From the NCBI GenBank assembly GCA_964187785.1, contig OZ076411.1, positions 46,438,001 to 46,502,000 on the forward strand: DNA of 64,000 nucleotides. Reading direction: 5' to 3'. The notes under the pieces were generated by a model, which had not been told where the DNA came from, ran no database searches, and worked only from the letters and a program-made list of their open reading frames with translations. The stretch comes from Amphiscolops sp. MND2022. Taxonomy: Eukaryota. Position 1 is the first letter of the stretch. Each line of letters begins with the position of its first letter. The position numbers and the translations under genes were made by a program. This document shows, piece after piece, positions 60,275 through 64,000 of this stretch.

Positions 60275-63200
60275 GGAAGCTCACCGCCAAATTTCATCTC
60301 ATTCTGTTTAGAAAACCAGAACATTGACGAATCACAGATTCGAAACACCTCCTCTTCAGACAATTTCACCGAGATCCCTCAACGTCCTATTCCAATAACT
60401 ATGCCAAGGTCTAGTCCCGATCCAATTGTTTCGTCTTCTCCAACTCCATCCACTACCATTGTCATGTCAACAGCGGCGGTAACAGAAGGAGTCCAGGACT
60501 CAGTCACTCCCTCTCCTTTCAGTGTTGATAGTGATTTTGATGTCACGGCATACGCTGATGAGAAAGTTCTGCTTCTCGCACGGGCCCAGGAACAGGGAGA
60601 GAGACAGATTGCTAAGAGTTCCGGAATTGGGGAACAGGAGGCTGAAGAGAGTGCCCCTGAAGACCCGCCCACTGTCGGGGGTAAACCCCAACCTTCTACG
60701 TCGCTCTTCCAAACCAGCACTCCAACCAAGGACTTGCACAGTGAGTCTGCTGGGTTGGATCTATCACAGCTAGTAGCCGGTCTCACCATTGCTCCTTCCA
60801 CTCAGACGGAATTGCCAGAATTGTTGACAACTTGCGGAACTTCTGCCAACATGTCAGCAGTATCATTCCTTCAGCATGAGACTGATGAGGGTTCATCTAT
60901 ATGTGATGCCCCTAAATTGCCGACTGGAGTCACAGACATAGTATATTTGGACGACGTGACTGGGACTGAGGAAACCGGTGACACTTCCAGCCAGGCAAGC
61001 GGACCAGCTCTATACAGTTTCCAGCCAGTAGGAAATGCGGCAGAAACTGCCGGGGAGTCGTCAGTTGACACTCCTATTCATCGTTCAGATGACATGCGTC
61101 CGTCAACATCAACATCTGTAGGGCGAGATTCTGGCGTCAGGGAGCTCTCCGGTCGCAGCCGGGCCATTTTGAAACAGTACTTCGATCAGGATGCTACCAC
61201 CATCAATTTCCCTCTCGGTCACAGAACAGTGGCTTTTACTGAGCCACAAGTGTATCATCTTTTGAGGGTTCTTACGGATGAAACCCTGAAGATGTCCTTC
61301 ACTGCCATGGAACAGATGGTGATTGGGGCGGTTCGCGGAGCGCCAGTCACTTCCAGTTCTCGAACTGACCATTTCCGAATCAGGCCAAGAGCCCAAACTC
61401 CCGGACCTGGATTTCATAGTGATACTGATGGCAGCCCAGGCTCTGAAGATTTTCCTGAGTCAGGAACTGATACGTCTGTCGGAACAAGTTCAGGACAAGA
61501 GGACAGAGGGTTAGACTGCTCCAATGACACAGACAGTTCCGGAGAAATGGCTCTCATCTCACAGGCCTTCAAGGAGCCTTTCAGACCTGTTTCAGCTTCT
61601 TGCGGGACTACTCAAAATGATCCTTCCCAAGCAGACTCCGAATCAGCAGAACAGTCAAGCCTTGATGCCACTCTTTCCGAGTTACGGACTCAAACTTCTC
61701 CTGCCCCGCCTTTAGTTTCGAGTTCGGGTAAAGCGCCAAAGCGGAAACAGCGAAAACAGACTCGAGGTGTCCCTATGAAAGAGGAGTTCTTCTCCAAAAT
61801 CGGATGGACGCGCTCGTTTATTTCCGGACCAGCAGATCCGCTTCACAATCCGTATATGGTATGGTGCCATATATGCAAAAAGAATATCTCTGTGAAGACG
61901 AAGGGCACTTTAGAGATCCTGCGACACCACAGGACGGAGAAGCACCTCCGACGAGATCAAAGATGGCGCTACGAGCACCTCAAGAGTGTCCACCCCGTGT
62001 CCGGAAAGGTGCAACATCGGGTGAGAGGCCGCAATGGGAAGATCCTCTCGGAGATCGAGTTGGCTAAGGAGATGCGCCACTTTATGCATGTTGAGCTGGT
62101 GGACATCGGAGAACGCTTCCCCTTCTATGATGATTTCATAAAAGGAACAACCACCACACTCGTCACCCCTGAAGCAAGGACTAAGACGCAGATTCAACTT
62201 ATTGGGAACTTCATACAGCAACTTGGAGATATTGGACTGCTCCGCAAATTGTGGTCCCAACTAGGCTCTTTGACCAATTACCAGACCAGTTACTGCGACT
62301 TCGATTGGGGCGAGGAAAGGATTTCGGTAAGTTCTCTATTGGGTACGCGCACTGCTCGTGGAAAATCAAAGTCCTCCACGCATTTCGTAACTCTTCTTTT
62401 CCTTTTCAGGCCATCTTCCAGCATATTTTCAATTGTGCAATGAACGATTTAGCAAATCAGATTGCTACCACACAGCACTTTGCCATCGAGTTTGAAGATC
62501 AGGGAGTGAACAGACTCATGTCCGTCAAATTCTGGAAGGGCAACACCCTCTGCCGAGTCTACGTGTGCCGGAGTGGGCTTCCTTCCTCTGATCTTACTGG
62601 AGAGTTGGGGTCTCTCTCTCGACTTCTCTCGGTAGTGTCTACCAAGGCCGATATAGTCGCTTGTTCCGGGTGTCCAGTGGAGCTGATCCGGACTATCGAC
62701 TACAGTGCTTTCTTCCCTCGGGCTGTCCAGAGTTGCTTTCGCTTCGAGCACCTGCAACTCCAGAAGATGATGCACAAACCCACTTTCAGTGTGTTTGGCA
62801 GAATAGACTTCTTCTCCGTTCTGAAGTGCCTCATAGTTTCTCTTGGAGCCGCTACCGACGAAGACTGGGTCCTGCAATCCCCCGAACTTGCACGAGTTAG
62901 TATATTAAGTTCACACATGAGGCGTGAAAGGTTAGGGGGGTAGGTTCGGACAAAAGACAATTCGGGTTCATTTAGGCCATCGATTCCTGCAAACTGGACT
63001 TACCGAGTCTACCCAACCTCTGCCGGGAGCTCGTGAAACATTGGAAGGCAGTCCGGCAGTACCTGACGTCGCATACTCCACACCAAGGAATGCAAGGGGT
63101 CCACAATCAAGTGCAGAGCTTCGAGTGGTCTCTTATCTGCGACTCTTTCTTCGTCGTCAAGTTGGAATTCTTCCAACGCATAATCAGTGATTGTGAGTAT

Positions 63201-64000
63201 ACAGCTACATGTCCATATCTGTACTTTAAGACATCATCAGAACGGTTCTTGATCCTTGATTCCTTGGGCTACTAGCACAATAAGCATATTGGTATGGGTT
63301 CATGTGAACGTTTTGTTCCATTCATGATCTTGTCCGTTGTATTTTCCAGATGTTTCCAGTTTCGTTGTCAATCTGCTAGGCCGACGAGATGCGTCATTTT
63401 TCCTCTGTGGAGAAGTCTGCCGTTTGATCTCCAAGCTATGTGCCAGATGCTACTTGCCGGAAACCATCCCCCTCGAGAATTCGTGGTTCCTTCTCCTCAA
63501 TTTCAACGTGAGCGAAGGGAAATTCATCAGCGAGGAAGAGTTCCTTGTCCGGCACCGATTGACAAATCGGATAGCTACAGCCAGCAAACAGTGTGCCGAT
63601 GTTGTTCATCTGAACAAGAAGTCTGAGAAGGCCGCCATTGACAAGACAGCTGCAGAGACAACCAGCAGTTTCGTCAAAGAGGGACTGCAGTTCATTCAGT
63701 ACCTGATCAAGCAGGTCCTCAATCAAGCCGGGCTGAGTTCCGAGGTGATCAAGGGGTTAGCCGCCTTTGACCCTTTTGTCCTCTTCAAGAGACCCAGTGA
63801 GGTCGGACTCCGTCACTTTGAGGTGTTGTACTCGACCTTCCAGCTTCGCTCTTGGGTTTCCAGTGAGAATGAGAATGTCTGTCGAGATGAGTATTTGGCT
63901 TTGTTAGATCACCTGCGAGTCAATTATCCTCCAGATTTCGATTTCAAGGAAAATTCCACCGACCTGATAGACTTCCTGATGCAGCTCGAGTTTTTCCAAA
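60260..64000 (+). CDS. Intron-containing hAT-transposase-derived (ZNF862-like) protein with a BED/U1-like zinc finger, 3'-partial, >1140 aa
   Basis: Exons 60260-62326, 62410-62895, 62976-63192, 63350->64000 (GT-AG, phases 0,0,1; open to the window end). Finger WCHICKK..KGTLEILRHHRTEKH; hAT-like HFAIEFED, CFRFEHLQL, VIKGLAAFDP. Confidence 0.75.

Overview
AT-rich, intron-containing animal (metazoan) genomic DNA, densely interleaved with transposons. The repeat style suggests an acoel such as Symsagittifera, but that is only my impression. Host genes: (1) a 16-exon FKBP15/WAFL orthologue (+, 8090-29388, 5' exons not found); (2) a two-exon orphan gene nested antisense in one of its introns (-, 22402-24152); (3) a tetraspanin (-, 31640-37078); (4) a class A GPCR (-, 48325-55449) whose last exon continues past TM7 into an eighth TM helix and a six-cysteine C-type lectin-like domain, the most unusual gene here. 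Mobile DNA: a decayed CMC/EnSpm (CACTA-like) transposase with BEN-like ORFs and a 1.3 kb tandem duplication (1-7 kb); about 13 copies or fragments of a Helentron-like non-autonomous repeat; an old Copia element (40812-45305); and several MITE/foldback elements. A young-looking composite block runs from 56540 to the window end: an LTR-like terminus containing a gag-like ORF, orphan ORFs, and an intact, spliced, antisense hAT-transposase-derived gene. All gene models were built by hand from GT-AG sites and reading-frame phase. No database searches were run; family calls rest on remembered motifs.
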